This document shows, piece by piece, positions 13,896-28,635 of a stretch of 64,000 nucleotides of DNA (position 1 is the stretch's first letter; the number at the start of each line of letters is the position of its first letter). The translations under genes and the position numbers were made by a program. Under the pieces are notes generated by a model. The model was not told the DNA's origin. It made no database searches and saw only the letters and a list, made by a program, of their open reading frames with translations. The stretch spans positions 16,233,010 through 16,297,009 of the forward strand of contig CM119269.1 of assembly GCA_051294375.1 (NCBI GenBank), given 5' to 3'. Origin of the DNA: Paraspadella gotoi. Lineage: Eukaryota; Animalia; Chaetognatha.

Positions 13896-15388
13896 TAGGG
13901 TTCCGTTAACCGTTAATTTTTAAGGACTTCGCTTAACCGTTAAAAACTAACGTTTTTAACGGTTTAACCGTTAAAATCGGTTAATTTTATAATTTAACTT
14001 AAATTAAAAATATTAATATTTGAAACTAACTAAAGTATTTAATGGTATTTTCTCCTTAACTCCGGCTACTGAATAGTCTTTATCTTTTATTTCAGATAGA
14101 TGAGGTACACATTATAGTTGATAAATGAGAAAATTGATTTGAAAAAACAGCATTATAATAAATTTTTTTTGCCTCATAGCATAATAAAAATATGAAAAAA
14201 GACAAATGAAAGAAAAAGCACAATGTAATTTTAATTCTGTATATTTTCTTTTCTCTTTCTCTCTTTTCTTTCTTTCTTTCGTTTTTGCTTTTCCTTTTTC
14301 TATTTCTCTTCCTCATTATTTTTATAGTTGTTAGTTTCTTGAAAGCATGTTTTCTGTTGTTAGTCTTTCATAACCATGACCATAAATATAAATATAATTT
14401 AAATATTGTATTAAAGACTTTCTTTTCGTTACGTTTATAGTTAAGTGAAAGCAAAGTTTATTTGTTTACAAACAACAGGTTTTTTATTTTTAAAAAAAGG
14501 ACATGTTTCGACTCTCACGCGCTGATGTAGACTCGGAAAAACTAGAGTCGAAACATGTCCGTTTTTTGGAATAAAAACCGGTTGTTTGTAAACAAATAAA
14601 AACTTTGTTTTCTCTTAATTATGAATATCAATTTATTAATTGAATTTTTAAATGATCGATTGATCAAAAGAGTTATTAATTAATAATATTTTTTTTAAAA
14701 TTTTATTAAAGTAAAGTATATCATCATTGAAGGATAGTTTTAGTTAGCCTTAATGTCTTTTCAAAGATTCATTCCTTCTATTGTTCATTTTTTAAATGTT
14801 TTCTAATATTTTTTTATATTAGTTTTTTTAAAAATTTTTTCATTCATTCGGCTTTATTATATTTACTTCTTTTGTTCATTTTAAAAATTGAAAGAAAAAG
14901 CTAAAAAAGTAAAAGAAGAAAGATTATTTATTTTTTTATTAGCAAAATAGAATATTATTGCATGTAAAAATTTGATTTGCAAAAAATATATGCAGATGCA
15001 TATTATATTTCAAAATATTCTTTGATGTAAATGCTTAATTAGCTGAAAGGAAAAACGAAAACAATTGGGATAAAGTAAGTAAAAAAAATACCGGAAGGGC
15101 AGAAAAAAAATGATAATAGATTAAAATGAAAAAGATTAAAGGGTTGAAAATAACAAAGAAAAATAAGGGGAAAATGTAGAACAGAGAGAGGGGGAAAAAT
15201 ATAGTGAGAAAGGGAGAGGAGAAATAAGGAAAAAAATTTTTTTTCTTAAAAAATCAAAGTTTTAATAACAAAAATTATACTTGAAATTTAACCGAATTTA
15301 ACCGTTAAAATAAATATATTAACGGTTAAGTTAAAATTATTTTTAACCGTTAATAACCGTTAACTGTTTAACGGTTATCGGAACACTA
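13896..15388. mobile_element. Non-autonomous hAT-type DNA transposon (MITE)
   Basis: TIRs are TAGGGTTCCGTTAACCGTTAA and TTAACGGTTATCGGAACACTA, with a perfect 8-bp TSD GTTCCGTC (13888-13895, 15389-15396). Subterminal TTAACCG/CGGTTAA motifs repeat at both ends and the interior is AT-rich and non-coding. Confidence 0.9.
14434..14624 (+). mobile_element. Inverted-repeat remnant containing a second, mutated minimal hammerhead (14519-14563); Penelope-like pLTR fragment
   Basis: The sequence CG-CTGATGTA-GACTC-loop-GAGTC-GAAAC-ATGTC-CGTT is followed by AATAAA. 14434-14515 is an imperfect reverse complement of 14544-14624. Confidence 0.75.
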
Positions 15389-15525
15389 GTTCCGTCTTTC
15401 TAAATTTTCTCTATTCATTCATTTTTTCACAACCCAAAATACTACCTTTAAAAGTTAAAAAAATATATTTACCTTATTATCCAAATCAAAATTCCGATTT
15501 CTCCTATCTTTCTTTGATCCCGATA

Positions 15526-15626
<101 letters not shown>

Positions 15627-16468
15627 TTCCTTTCCTCATCATCTGTAATCGTTTTCCCCCTTTTATCTCTTATCACGACAATCACCTCCCATCACGTCTC
15701 CCCGTCCCCCATCTGTCTCCCACATCTCTCCGTCATGTATCCCCGTCCCCATTTCGCAACCCCATCTGTCTCCCACATCTCTCCCCCTCCTCTTCCCCCC
15801 ATCCCCCGCCACCCCTCTCTTTCGTCGTTTCCTCCCTCTCGTCTTTTTGTAGCGTTTTATTCACAAGAAAATCCTCCTCGTGACTTTCACACTGTGAAGG
15901 TCGATGATCTGTTTTCACGGTTGTACGTCGAGGGCGCGGCGAAAGGGCGCGAAGGAAGGGCGGGCCGGAAGGGCAGGGCGGAAGGGCAGGGTTGAATGGC
16001 ATGGCGGAAGAGCGCAGAGTAAGACGAGAAGGAGCGGGAATAATGGAGGTTAAGGCAATAAAGATCTCCTGAGGGAAGGGCACAAATTTTAAACTCTATA
16101 TATTTTAAAATATAATCTGAAAAACTCTGCATTTCTTACGCCATCGTTGTCACACATACCCATGTTTATTGCCAATGTTTTACGCTTTTAGCTCTTGGAG
16201 TAATTAGAAAAGGGACTATTTATAATCATTTTTGTTGTAGAGAAGAAAAAAAAGAGAAAATTCCGAAATAAAGAGCAACTTCGAGCGAGTTGAAGCGGAG
16301 ACAGAGTCAGAGCTAAAAGAAGATGGAGAGAGTGAGAAATGGTCACGTGACTCGCCGCTGAAGGGTTAAGGGTTCGCGCGGGTCAAAGGTCAGACTCTTT
16401 CAAGGTCAAAGATGACGTCACAGAATGGACCATCGCAGAAAAATTCCAAAAAAGCGGCTGCTGTATGC

Positions 16469-16587
<119 letters not shown>

Positions 16588-17340
16588 CACACAAACACAC
16601 ACTCGTGCTTGACTGTGAATGCCTCTGGAACGTTTTTTTCATTCAAATTTGTGTAAACTAAATTGTGTAAGTGATTAACTTTATTCCCTTTTCTCATTCC
16701 TTTTCTTAACAATCGCTTTCTTGACAATCTCCTTAACATTTAGTTATCGTGAAAACATTTTTTCTCAGCGGCATAATCGCAGTAATAGACAACGTACATA
16801 AACAGACAGACGTCCAAATACACGGAGAAACAGATTAAGACACAAAGACAGAAGAAACAAAACAAAAAATACGAGGGAATAAAAAGAGAAGGAGAAAAAA
16901 CGGACGTATACGAATCCGGGAGAAAAGAGGAGGGACGCCGTCGTCGGAGAGGACAACGGGGTCTCGGGTTAAACGCGGGATGAGCGATCCGAGTTTTTAT
17001 GGTGCCATCGCCGTCGTCCGAGTCATTAGGCGCCGGGAGGAGGAGGAAGAGGAGGAGGAGTAGTATTGGGAAGGAGAAGACAAGAGAGAGAAAGTGGAGG
17101 AAGGAGAAAAGTGTGGGCAAAAAAAAAAAGGGGGGGGAGAGAGGAAAATCTCGTATCGCGAAGGTCGCGACTCCACGAGGCCACAACTTTGGAACCGGAA
17201 ATGCCAGCGGCGCCGCGTCTCCCTTCTGGGAAAAGGTTACGCCGCCGCCTGGTTGTGGTTTTTTTTTTATCTCTCTCTTTTTTCGAGGGATCTGTCCCTC
17301 CCTCGCTTCCCTACCCCCGGCCTCCCCGGTTCTGATCCCT

Positions 17341-17515
17341 CGCCCTTTTCCTTACTCTTTTCCTTTCTCTTACTCTTCCTCACCCTTTTCTTTACTCTTT
17401 TCTTTTCTCTTACTCTTCCTCACCCTTTTCTTTACTCTTTTCTTTTCTCTTACTCTTCCTCACCCTTTTTCCTACTCTTTTCCTTTCTCTTACTCTTCCT
17501 CGCCCTTTTCCTTAC
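17341..17515. repeat. 40-bp pyrimidine-rich minisatellite x4.3
   Basis: C(A/G)CCCTTTT recurs at 17341, 17381, 17421, 17461 and 17501. Confidence 0.9.
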
Positions 17516-18111
17516 CCTTCAGCCTCCGCTTTCCCCCCCAAAAACTTTTTTCCCCATAGTTCTTTTTTTTTTTCTTTCTCTAGATTTTTTTTCCCTATTG
17601 AGAGATGGATGATATCAAAGGGAAAGTTTCGAGAGTTCCTTCGGCGAAGCTTTTTTTTTTTTACTTCTTTTTTAATGGAGTCGTTTCGATATATACTAGG
17701 GGGCGCTTTAAAAATATTTTTAATTTCGTTTGAATATATATAAATGCTTTTCTTTATAATAAAGGGAAATAAGTTTAGGACTTCATTGGTAACAGAAATG
17801 AAAGAATTATTCATTTCCATATTACAAAAATATATTGTTCGAATTTTCGCGTTCAAGTAAAACAATCTTTCTTTTCTTTTGGCAAAATACACGCGCGTAC
17901 GTACCTTAAAATAAAAGATTGCTGAGGAAAACTTATACATCAAGTTAGTCATAAATATTACAATGTAACAAGACAATTTAGAAGGATTGTTATTTTTTGG
18001 CGATCACGACTAGAACTTGGACTCAGGTCATTCCGCTTGCTCGTTACTGAGTGCATGAGGCGTACAATCTTTGTGAGGCCGAAAAGGACTCCCTCTTGTT
18101 TTTCCCATCAG

Positions 18112-18173
<62 letters not shown>

Positions 18174-18773
18174 AGAGTCCCTCCCTCAGTGGACATAAAG
18201 CGCCAGCAGCTTCTCACCCTTTCTTCTCCCTTTGGAAAAGGGAAATCTCATATTTCTTCAACACTCGCCTTCTCTTTCTTTTTTCTTCTTTCTTTCTTTC
18301 TTTCTTTCTTCTTTTCTTTCCTTCTCTTTCTTTCTTTCTTTCTTTCTTTCTCTTTCTTTCTTTCTACTTTTAATTTTCTTTCTATCTTTTCTTTCTTTCT
18401 TTCTTTCCAGTTTTTTTTTACTTTCTTCAACTCATTCTCATCTCCAAGGATTCCGATCTCCCCAACCTCTTCTCTATTTTACCCTCTCCCCTCTGACCCC
18501 CTTGGTCCCCCCCACCCGACATACCCTACCGCCCCTACTTCTCGCTCAGTCGCTTCAGAGACGCCATAGTAATGACCAAGAGGCTAATTCGCTGAGGAGC
18601 TGTTGGCTCTCTGGCCTAATGAGGGCGAATATTGAAAAACACACACGAGGCCTAAAATACGAGACTAGCTAGAGAGAAAAGAAGAAGAAAGAGAGAGAAA
18701 GAAGGAAAAAGAAAGAAAGAAAAACAGGAGTAAGAGAGAGAGAGAGAGAGAGAGAAGAGGAGAGAGAGGAGAA

Positions 18774-18816
<43 letters not shown>

Positions 18817-19953
18817 TATTCACCCCTTATTTCTTTTGATTGTGGTTAATTATTCCTTTTATATCCTCGACGCAAGGGCCTTTTGTTTCAATTTTTCCGC
18901 ACGTTTCCTTGTCTTTTGTTCGTTCGGGCTTTCGTCCGCAGCAGCGCTGATGGCGAGAGATTCTCACCGGAGGGTCGGAGATTAAGGTTGACCCAAAACG
19001 TGGGAACGTCTTGCCTTTCTATACGAAAATTTATATTTAAAATATTATCTGAATTCTCTAGCTTTCTACAACATTGGTTTCTTTCTAAAATTATTCATTT
19101 TTTTGTCTTTTTATTTAAAGAACGATAATTTTAATAATGATGAACAGCTTTATCTTTTACCTTTCCAACTCTCTCGTGCTTCTTTTCTTTCCTGAACCTG
19201 ATTTCTCATTTCGTTTTTTTAAGCGCCTTTCTTTATTCAGGCGCCTTCCTGATCTTCTCATTACTTAGAAACTGAGTACAATAAAACAACAACAGTAAAA
19301 AAAAAAACATATAGACAAAAGCAACAACAGCAACAAAAACACAACTGTGACGACGACGACGACGACGACGACGTCGCTGATTCTGAAAACGCGAGTTTTG
19401 CTTCGATTCCAATAAATCGCGATAACTTGCGATGACCTCCTGCTGACCTTTCAGCTCCTCTCTTCTTACTCTTCCTGCTCCTCTTATTTTTTTTGAGTGG
19501 CTCCTATAATTTTAGTCTCTTACTTAACCCACTATTTTATTGTTGTTTTTTTTTAATTATTTTTCTTAGTTATTTTCCGTTAAACACTCTTGCCGTTTTT
19601 CGTTGAAAGCTTCTTCTGTTCTTACACTCATATCACAAACAAATATTTTATTTTTCATTTCCTACCACTGTTGTTGTCCGTCTCGACACCTCACCTCACT
19701 GTATTTGACTCTTACATACGAAACTATTTCGTACGTCGTACGTCGTTCGTTTTGTTTACGTTTTTACCATTCGTCCATCAATTTCTATCGGCTACCAGTC
19801 CACTAGCTTCAGGTCTATCCGCTTGGGACATGTCCGCTTTCAGCCTGTCCGCTGCCGGTCTCGCCGATTCCGGCAAATCCGCCACGTTCTGTCCGTCGGA
19901 CTCACGATCTGGGTTTTCCTCTCTTTCCCTCCTTCTATCCCCCCGCCCCCTCT

Positions 19954-20763
19954 NNNNNNNNNNNNNNNNNNNNNNNNNNNNNNNNNNNNNNNNNNNNNNN
20001 NNNNNNNNNNNNNNNNNNNNNNNNNNNNNNNNNNNNNNNNNNNNNNNNNNNNNNNNNNNNNNNNNNNNNNNNNNNNNNNNNNNNNNNNNNNNNNNNNNNN
20101 NNNNNNNNNNNNNNNNNNNNNNNNNNNNNNNNNNNNNNNNNNNNNNNNNNNNNNNNNNNNNNNNNNNNNNNNNNNNNNNNNNNNNNNNNNNNNNNNNNNN
20201 NNNNNNNNNNNNNNNNNNNNNNNNNNNNNNNNNNNNNNNNNNNNNNNNNNNNNNNTTATATTTTTTGTTCGCGATTCGCGCCGTTCTTCGTCATCATCGT
20301 CGTCGTTGTTGTTGTTGTTGCGTCGTTTCTTCTAAGGTCAGGGCGAACACACGAGGGCGTCGCTGAAAATTCTCGCCTGAAAAAAAAAAAAGATTAACTT
20401 TTCTTTCTCATTCTTTCATTTAAAAATCAGTTCGGTTGTTTTTTTTCATTTAGTTTTATTTAAATTGCATTTAATTTTGATGTATTTTTGTAATTATTTA
20501 ATTGATTTCCCACATCAAACTGGATAATGAACTTTGAATAGACGTAATCAGCCGATCAATTTGAATTTTAAAAGGAAGAGATTTCCGACAAAGTCAAAGT
20601 CAGGATCTTAGTCTGGAATCGATCTGGGGCAACGACAAGAAGATTTTATCCGTTAATTTTAACTTTTAGTATATTCTGAAGTGATTGAAATTCATCATCA
20701 CGACTGTAAACAAAATGATGACGTAAAATTTAACGTTCTCACCTAGAAGTTGGCTCCAGTGAT

Positions 20764-20813
<50 letters not shown>

Positions 20814-21391
20814 AAGCTCTCGCAGTTTCTTTGGCGAGAATGAGGAAAGGACAAAGGGTCTGGTCCGACGGTTCAAAAGGTTAACCAGCGGGCGTCCGGG
20901 TCAATGAGGTCAGACGCATATGGCCCTTTTGGATTCCATTCCGGTGGCATTCCATAGTTTGACCTCTGGGCCGCCGGGCGCGGCCCGGGGGGTGGTGGTT
21001 GAGGGGAGGGGAAATGAGGGAACCTGGGAAATCCGCCTCCTTCTTCTCATCTTTTTTTAACCATTTTTTTTTCTTCTTTCATTTTTTTCCACTTTTTTGC
21101 TGTTTTGAACTATTGATTTTTTTACATTACTTTTTCTTTAGATTTTATTATATTCATTATTTGATAGACGGTATCATTTTTATTTTTGTCGAATGACATC
21201 GATTCTTTGTAATTTAAACTTTAATATGTCACTAAGGACGACTTTAAATGACATTGAAAAACATGATTGTGTCTCAACTCTCAAGCAAACAGACTGTATC
21301 ACTTTCAAGTAACTCCCTGTATCATTTCTCCGGTTAGATTTCTCTTTGACTCTTGACCCAGAATATCGATTTTTTTTCTGACTACAAGACG

Positions 21392-21424
<33 letters not shown>

Positions 21425-22949
21425 CATTACGATAAGGACGACGATTCTAAAAACAATCTCGACGAATAAGAAGACGACGACTGTGAAAACTATGATTTCT
21501 TTGTCAGTTAACAACACCGTATGAGAAAAGGAAAGAGAGAAAGNNNNNNNNNNNNNNNNNNNNNNNNNNNNNNNNNNNNNNNNNNNNNNNNNNNNNNNNN
21601 NNNNNNNNNNNNNNNNNNNNNNNNNNNNNNNNNNNNNNNNNNNNNNNNNNNNNNNNNNNNNNNNNNNNNNNNNNNNNNNNNNNNNNNNNNNNNNNNNNNN
21701 NNNNNNNNNNNNNNNNNNNNNNNNNNNNNNNNNNNNNNNNNNNNNNNNNNNNNNNNNNNNNNNNNNNNNNNNNNNNNNNNNNNNNNNNNNNNNNNNNNNN
21801 NNNNNNNNNNNNNNNNNNNNNNNNNNNNNNNNNNNNNNNNNNNNNNNNNNNNNNNNNNNNNNNNNNNNNNNNNNNNNNNNNNNNNNNNNNNNNNNNNNNN
21901 NNTCGACTCGAGAGAGAAAGAATGAATCACAAATCACAATAGTGATTATTCGGTAAGGCTTTCAACGTGAAAACTGGAAATACTAATTTAATTTAAGTTA
22001 CTTCTTTCAAAGCCNNNNNNNNNNNNNNNNNNNNNNNNNNNNNNNNNNNNNNNNNNNNNNNNNNNNNNNNNNNNNNNNNNNNNNNNNNNNNNNNNNNNNN
22101 NNNNNNNNNNNNNNNNNNNNNNNNNNNNNNNNNNNNNNNNNAGAAAAATTGATAGTAACAATGAAATAAGTAATTAGGTAAGAGATTAAGATTTTATGAA
22201 AATCCACATTAAAACCGTGAAATATGTTATTAACACATTGTCAAGATTCACTTTGAACCCACTTAATCCCAACACATCTAACCTGACATTTCCTTCTTCT
22301 GTCTCCCTCTCCCACTCCCTCTCTTCCCTCCCACTTCCGCCCGAGTTTCGTGTCCAGCTGTCGATCCGCAAAGTAAATCAGTGANNNNNNNNNNNNNNNN
22401 NNNNNNNNNNNNNNNNNNNNNNNNNNNNNNNNNNNNNNNNNNNNNNNNNNNNNNNNNNNNNNNNNNNNNNNNNNNNNNNNNNNNNNNNNNNNNNNNNNNN
22501 NNNNNNNNNNNNNNNNNNNNNNNNNNNNNNNNNNNNNNNNNNNNNNNNNNNNNNNNNNNNNNNNNNNNNNNNNNNNNNNNNNNNNNNNNNNNNNAGAGAG
22601 AGAGACGTATCTTTTCCCTTCTTGTTTCTCGACTTTGCGACGACCGAGTCAGCTAAGACTCTCGAATTACGTCGTCCCATTGGGGATGCAGGGTCTCGGA
22701 TTTCCTCGGAGCTTGCGTCATCGTCGTCTCCATTGTCGTTGTCGTCGTCATCGNNNNNNNNNNNNNNNNNNNNNNNNNNNNNNNNNNNNNNNNNNNNNNN
22801 NNNNNNNNNNNNNNNNNNNNNNNNNNNNNNNNNNNNNNNNNNNNNNNNNNNNNNNNNNNNNNNNNNNNNNNNNNNNNNNNNNNNNNNNNNNNNNNNNNNN
22901 NNNNNNNNNNNNNNNNNNNNNNNNNNNNNNNNNNNNNNNNNNNNNNNNN
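19954..22949. other. Region with five assembly gaps (N runs)
   Basis: N runs are at about 19954-20256, 21544-21902, 22015-22141, 22385-22594 and 22754-22949, mostly abutting simple repeats. Confidence 0.99.
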
Positions 22950-24278
22950 TCGTTGTCGTCGTCATCGTCGTCTCCATCGTCGTTGTCGTGGTCATCGTCG
23001 TCGTTGTCGTCGTCATTGTCGACATTGTCGTCTAAACTGTCGTCGTTGGTTCATACGTCATCGTGATCGCCGTCAGCGTCCATTGCGCAACTTTAAATTG
23101 TAAAAGTTGTCGGCCATTGCTTTTTAGACTTAACTCAGACAGCTGATCAACATCAAGCGGAGTTTAAGCTTTATTTTGCAACTTAGCTATTTTGCAACGT
23201 CGCTTATCTGTCGCGAAAAATATATGTAACTCGTTAGTCATGTACAATGGTGTCGGAAAGTTTTCTCCTCTCACCATCGTCGCTCAGGAGGAAACAACAA
23301 CAACAACGACGCCGTATTCGCAAGGGAATTTGGCTGGCGCCGGGTTCAGTATTTCCTCGATCGTAAGACGCCCGTCGTTCAGTCCGGCGGGAGGTCAATT
23401 TGCACGACCCGTCCGCGCACGACCAATTTGCGAGACCGGTCCGTCGGGCGGCGCTAAAACTGCGAGCGATGCGGGTTTTTTTTTAGTCTTACTTTATCAC
23501 GGGGCGCGCTCGACTGACCGATTGACCACGACGGCGCATGCGCGATAAATGGGAGGTGACTAATGAGATACCTCGTTTCTTGACTTACGCGTTTGTGGAG
23601 TTTCCTTGGTTTTTTTAATTCTTTTATGTATTGTAGTTGTTTTTTTTTTACCTTAAAGCTTAAAGCTTGAACAATGAACGTATGAGAGACTCCGGCCGGT
23701 CACTCTAAATTTACTTCTCACATTTAAGGTCATAAAAAGTAAAGATTATAGTTTAATTAGTAAAAGCGGGTTGTGTTTACTGTTTAGTACCTTAGAAACA
23801 GAGCGACGAGTGAATGTATTCGCCCAAGCTTGCCGAGAAAAATTTTTTTTTCAATCTAAGTGAGCGTCTGACCAAGAGAATTCGAGAAACCGAAGAAAAA
23901 AGATAAATTGAAAGAGAATGAATCAAATAAAATCCCGTGTGAACTTTCCCATCCTTCTTCCGTCCGCGTTTTGTTTTAAAATCGGAGAAGATCGTCAACA
24001 TTTGACCGACAAGAAAATCAATGTTTGTCCAACATTTAGTTCGACATTGAGCCAACACTAAAGTCAACAATTGGGTCGGAATCTTGGTCGTTCGCGGGTC
24101 CGAAGCGCGGGGAGGGGGTTGGCGGCGGGGGTGGGTGGTGAAGGTGGTCAGGGATGGTAAAGGGTGGAGATGAGGAGGAAGGGGTTCTGGTATGAGAAAG
24201 AGATGACCACTCTCGATGAGGGAAGAGACAAAGATATTGCGTAAGAGCTGATGTTACTTGATTGAACCGGATTAACGC

Positions 24279-24363
<85 letters not shown>

Positions 24364-24509
24364 CTCCATCTTTTCATTGGAGAGGGGGTGAGAGAAAAGG
24401 CGATAAAAACGAACGAGGGTCACAATCTCCCGCCGGTTACGTTTCAAACGGTTTGACCACAAGAGGCGAGGTTGACGAATCTCTTCGCCTGAATTATCTT
24501 ATCTTCTCT

Positions 24510-24660
24510 GCATTTGATTGGTCGAGTGCTTGCCCGTGATTGGTTGAATCCTCGCTCATCCTTCACGACGTGAATGGTTGGACGCTTTCGAGCGCCTCCA
24601 TCGGTGATTGGTCGAATCCACACTAAGCCTCAACTTGGCTCGGATTGGCCTTTCCCGCCC
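24510..24660. promoter_or_regulatory. Cluster of reverse CCAAT boxes next to a CpG-rich island; candidate promoter
   Basis: GATTGG occurs four times (about 24516, 24538, 24606, 24643), followed by GC-rich 24660-24860. No transcript was identified. Confidence 0.35.
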
Positions 24661-24857
24661 GTCGGAGCGAAAAGGGTCTCTTGCGGTCACAATCGAGGGT
24701 CGAGGGCCGCGTAACGCCCGACGATCCGAGCGTCACGGCGCCGCGGGGACCGTAACCCGTAACCCGCGTCCCGGTCTGGAGTCTCGGCAAGCGGAACGCC
24801 ATAACAACCGTGAAACGTTATGAGGCGGAGAGGGGTTCTTCCCGGTCAAGAGTTGAG

Positions 24858-24895
<38 letters not shown>

Positions 24896-25369
24896 GTGTG
24901 TTAAAATGAAACTCGACGTTGATATTAATAAAAATAGTTATGTTTCCTGTCTTTTTATTTTCAAGTTTATTTTCGCAGAGGAATCACAGGGTATTCTAAA
25001 TGGAATCTTGAATGGAATCGCTGTGTTCGTCGCTTACCCGAATCCGTGACACGGTGACACATCAATTTGAGGCCGATGAAAAACTGATCAGAAGCAAATG
25101 AGGTAGACGTCCACAGCGAAACGGAAAAAAAGGCTGAGGAAAAATTGTAGGGGAAAATGGGATGATGTTGGGGAAAGAGAAGTGGGGAAAGTGGAGAAAG
25201 AAAAGGGGAAAGGTGGGGAATGAAAAGGAGTAGGGTGGGGAAAGGAAAGGGGGGAAGGTGGGGAAAGTTGGGGAAAAGAAAAAAGGGGGAGAAGGAATGA
25301 AGGATTCAAGGTGGGCTGCTTCAATCTTCCGGCTGTCAGAGCGAAAATGAGAGAGAGATTTGGATCGCG

Positions 25370-25411
<42 letters not shown>

Positions 25412-28131
25412 AGTCTAAAGAACTTGTTTGCCAAGCGAGAGGCGATCACTGGATTGGAAACGAATAAAAAGTAATGGATCAAAATATGTTTTGTATTTTT
25501 AAAATCATTGCAGGCAACAAGTCAATTAAAAACACCTGATGAGGGCGATAAAAAATAATCACAGATGCGCCAATATGAAAATTATAAAGTAATGGAAACA
25601 ATTTTACAGTACAGTATGAGATACGTACGTACCATGATAAAAAAAAATACGACTCCTCGACGTTCGTTTAAAACACGACTTTTGTTTAAAATAATTTCAA
25701 AAATTTCGTTATGGTTAAATGTATCTTCTATCTTCATTTGGACGTCAGAAATTACCAAAAAAATTCGCTTTTAAATTAAATATGGCCAGATTTTCTTTAA
25801 ATATTTTTTTTTGCTTTGGAATATATAACAATTTAATACTATTATAGCGTTTAGCGTTTTGATATCTAGTATTTTCAACGAAATACGTAAGCGAAGCTAA
25901 CAGACGATAATGATTTCAAAAATGTCGACGAGGATGATAATAATCATTTATAACACTAATCCCTACATATAATATAATAATTACATATTTTAATGGCTAA
26001 GAGTGAGGCAATCAAAAAGTTCCGATCTCGTCTGAGTCGTTTGAGTCACGTGACATTTTCACTCTGACACACTTCTTGAAGATTCGCTCTCGGTAAGGTG
26101 TGAAGATTGAAGTGTGAGGAGTGAAATATTTTGAAGCCGAGTCGTTTTTTTCGCCGCATTGTGAGTCTCGCCTGCTTAAAGTAAAAATCTTGCAAAATCA
26201 AATATATGTTGTTTGGATTTTTTTAGATGCTAATTTAATTTTCCCAATCCGATAAGATATATAGAATTTACAACCACTATTCAATGAATAGTATTCATTC
26301 AATACTTACGTATCTTATATTCAAAATACATATATACTGCGTACGACATACTTGAATTCACATTTTATTTCCATTATTATAATTAGTTTTTGTTTTTTTT
26401 TAAGTAAATTTACTTTTTTTTCATCCTGGTTAAAAACCGGACTAAAACGCGACATGTCGAATTGCGAGTTCGAAAACGGGAATCGAACGCGCGACCTTCA
26501 CAATCGGCCGTACAAGGAATCGGCGACGAGAGCGGCGAAGACGATGGCGACGGCGACGACGCCGACTTCCATCGCGGCGATAATAACTGGAAGGAATCGT
26601 TTTATAATATTATATTACATTGTATTGTATTGTATTGTATTGCATTGTATTCAAAAGAGGAGTATTGTATTTTCTTTTGTTTTGTTGTTGTTTCATTGCG
26701 TAAACAAAATAGGTTAAATTTCTCATTCAAAATTGTTTTTTCAAGGTCTCTATAAATCTCATATATGAATTCTCAGTAAAATACTTAAATTATTTTTTAC
26801 CTTCCAGCTTTTTTAATTTTAATTTTAATTTTATCAATAAATTCATTTTGTGATTTTTAATTTAAATTACCTTCCAGTCCCATTTTATGAGTGAGATTCT
26901 ATCGTCAGTTTTCACAGTTGAGCCTCGATGACTTTTCTACGCACAGCATATTTTCGGGCGTGAGTCTTTCGGCGTTGTTGTCAAATTTTGCCCCAATCGT
27001 CGGAAGAGTTCACAGGCTCAACTCCAAATCAACTCGCCCTTTATATTTTAATCGTGACAACATAAAAAAAAAGAGTTTAATGCCGGAGTAGTTTACGTAA
27101 TCATTTTTTTTTCTCTCGAAACTCGAGAGTGCGAAAAAAAAAAGTTCAAGGTTTTCAAAATTCAAGGTTTAGTTTTATTTTTTTTAAAGATAAGTAAATT
27201 TAAGTTGGGAGGTCGTGAGTAAGAAATCGCCAGCGAAGCTACGATCTTTAAGGCGTTGGGTGTTTTCGAAGAGACAGAAAGGTTGTGGGATCGTGGCGGC
27301 TGATGGAGGAATTTGTAAAAAAGAAAAGAGTTTCTCAAATCGAAAACTCTGGAAAAAGACTTTCGAGATTACAGCTGAAAGGGTCTGAAGATAGAAACAT
27401 GACAGAGAAAAAAGTTAGAAACAGGGAACTAGGTCCCCAAAGAGCTTCGTATATTTAATTTTTTTTGTTAAACCCGGAATTAATGACTCAACTCTTGCGG
27501 TTTTTCGACCCGGAATCATCGCGTATCCCGCGAAGACAAATTTCGATACATTGACAACAATAACAACGGAAAGGAAAAAAAAAACTTTGCCTCCCCCCCC
27601 CTTGGTTTCTCTCACGTATAACTTGTGGTTTTTGTGTTGTTTTTTTTTTTTTGGTTGTTGTTGTTTTATTTGCTTCGTTTTCTGCTTTTCCTTTGTGTTC
27701 TTTGACCCTCTCTTCCTCGAAGACTTTTATTGATTACTCAGACTTTGGCTACGTGAGTAAAAGGACAGAAAAAAACAGTGGAGTGTTTTTTTTTTTCTGA
27801 GGTCGGTCGGTCATTTGAAATTATGTTATTATTTTTATTTATTTTTTAAAAATTGTTTTCAAGAATGAGATGAAAAAATAGATGTTTAAAAAAAAAACAA
27901 TTTGCGACTTTTCGTGCCTTACGAAGAATTTGCACTGAAAATCTCATTTTTTATAGGATATTCAACGATTATACAATTAAGTAGCAGGGAACCAACGATT
28001 AGTCACTAATTAATAAACAAGATTGCACTAATTCGATTTGGACTTTCTTTTACCGAAAACGAACGTCGCCAAAAAAGGATTGAAAACACGAATTCGTCAT
28101 AAATAAATTTGGCAGTAACAAAATAAGCACT

Positions 28132-28387
28132 TATGGCAACAGCCGGGTTGCCTGTGATGCCCATTGGGATGGGGCATCTCACTGTTGGCTTTGGGGGCTT
28201 CCGACCCTCAGTGACGCCTCCAGTCACTGCGCGGTTACCCTAGGACGGTCTCGCTTTGCCAACGCAGAGGGAAGTCGTTAGGACTGTGGATGGAACACTA
28301 CGCCTGGGATGGTGTGTTCCCCCTCTGAGCCAAATGGATTTGGCTGACTGATGGTGGACGTGAGCGGTTTGTGAATATACCGCCACA
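28132..28387 (-). mobile_element. Structured solo-LTR-like element, family B
   Basis: On the minus strand it reads TGTGGCG...GTTGCCATA, with a perfect 4-bp TSD CACT and multiple hairpins. It is homologous to 43850-44091. Confidence 0.8.
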
Positions 28388-28635
28388 CACTAAAGATTTC
28401 ACATCGTTTTCATTATTTTAAAAAGAATCTTATTTGATGCAAGAGGTCTTTTTAGTTTATTTTTACGTTTATTTAATTTTGTTCGGTATTAGATTCTTCT
28501 CGATAATGTAGGCTTTGCATTAAATTCAACTGCCACGCCCTTCTCGATGCCCAGAAACCGGAATTAAGCGTAGGCAACGGCGAGAAAGGAAAAAAAGTAT
28601 AAATTTAAGCGGAGCTAATTTGCATCACTTACGAA

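Noticed and set aside
19590-23066. Long ORFs containing X runs
   Set aside because: They are open only because they cross N gaps.
28132-28387. HDV-like ribozyme fold in the family B element
   Set aside because: P1, P2, P3 and J4/2 could not be assigned in the required nested order by eye.
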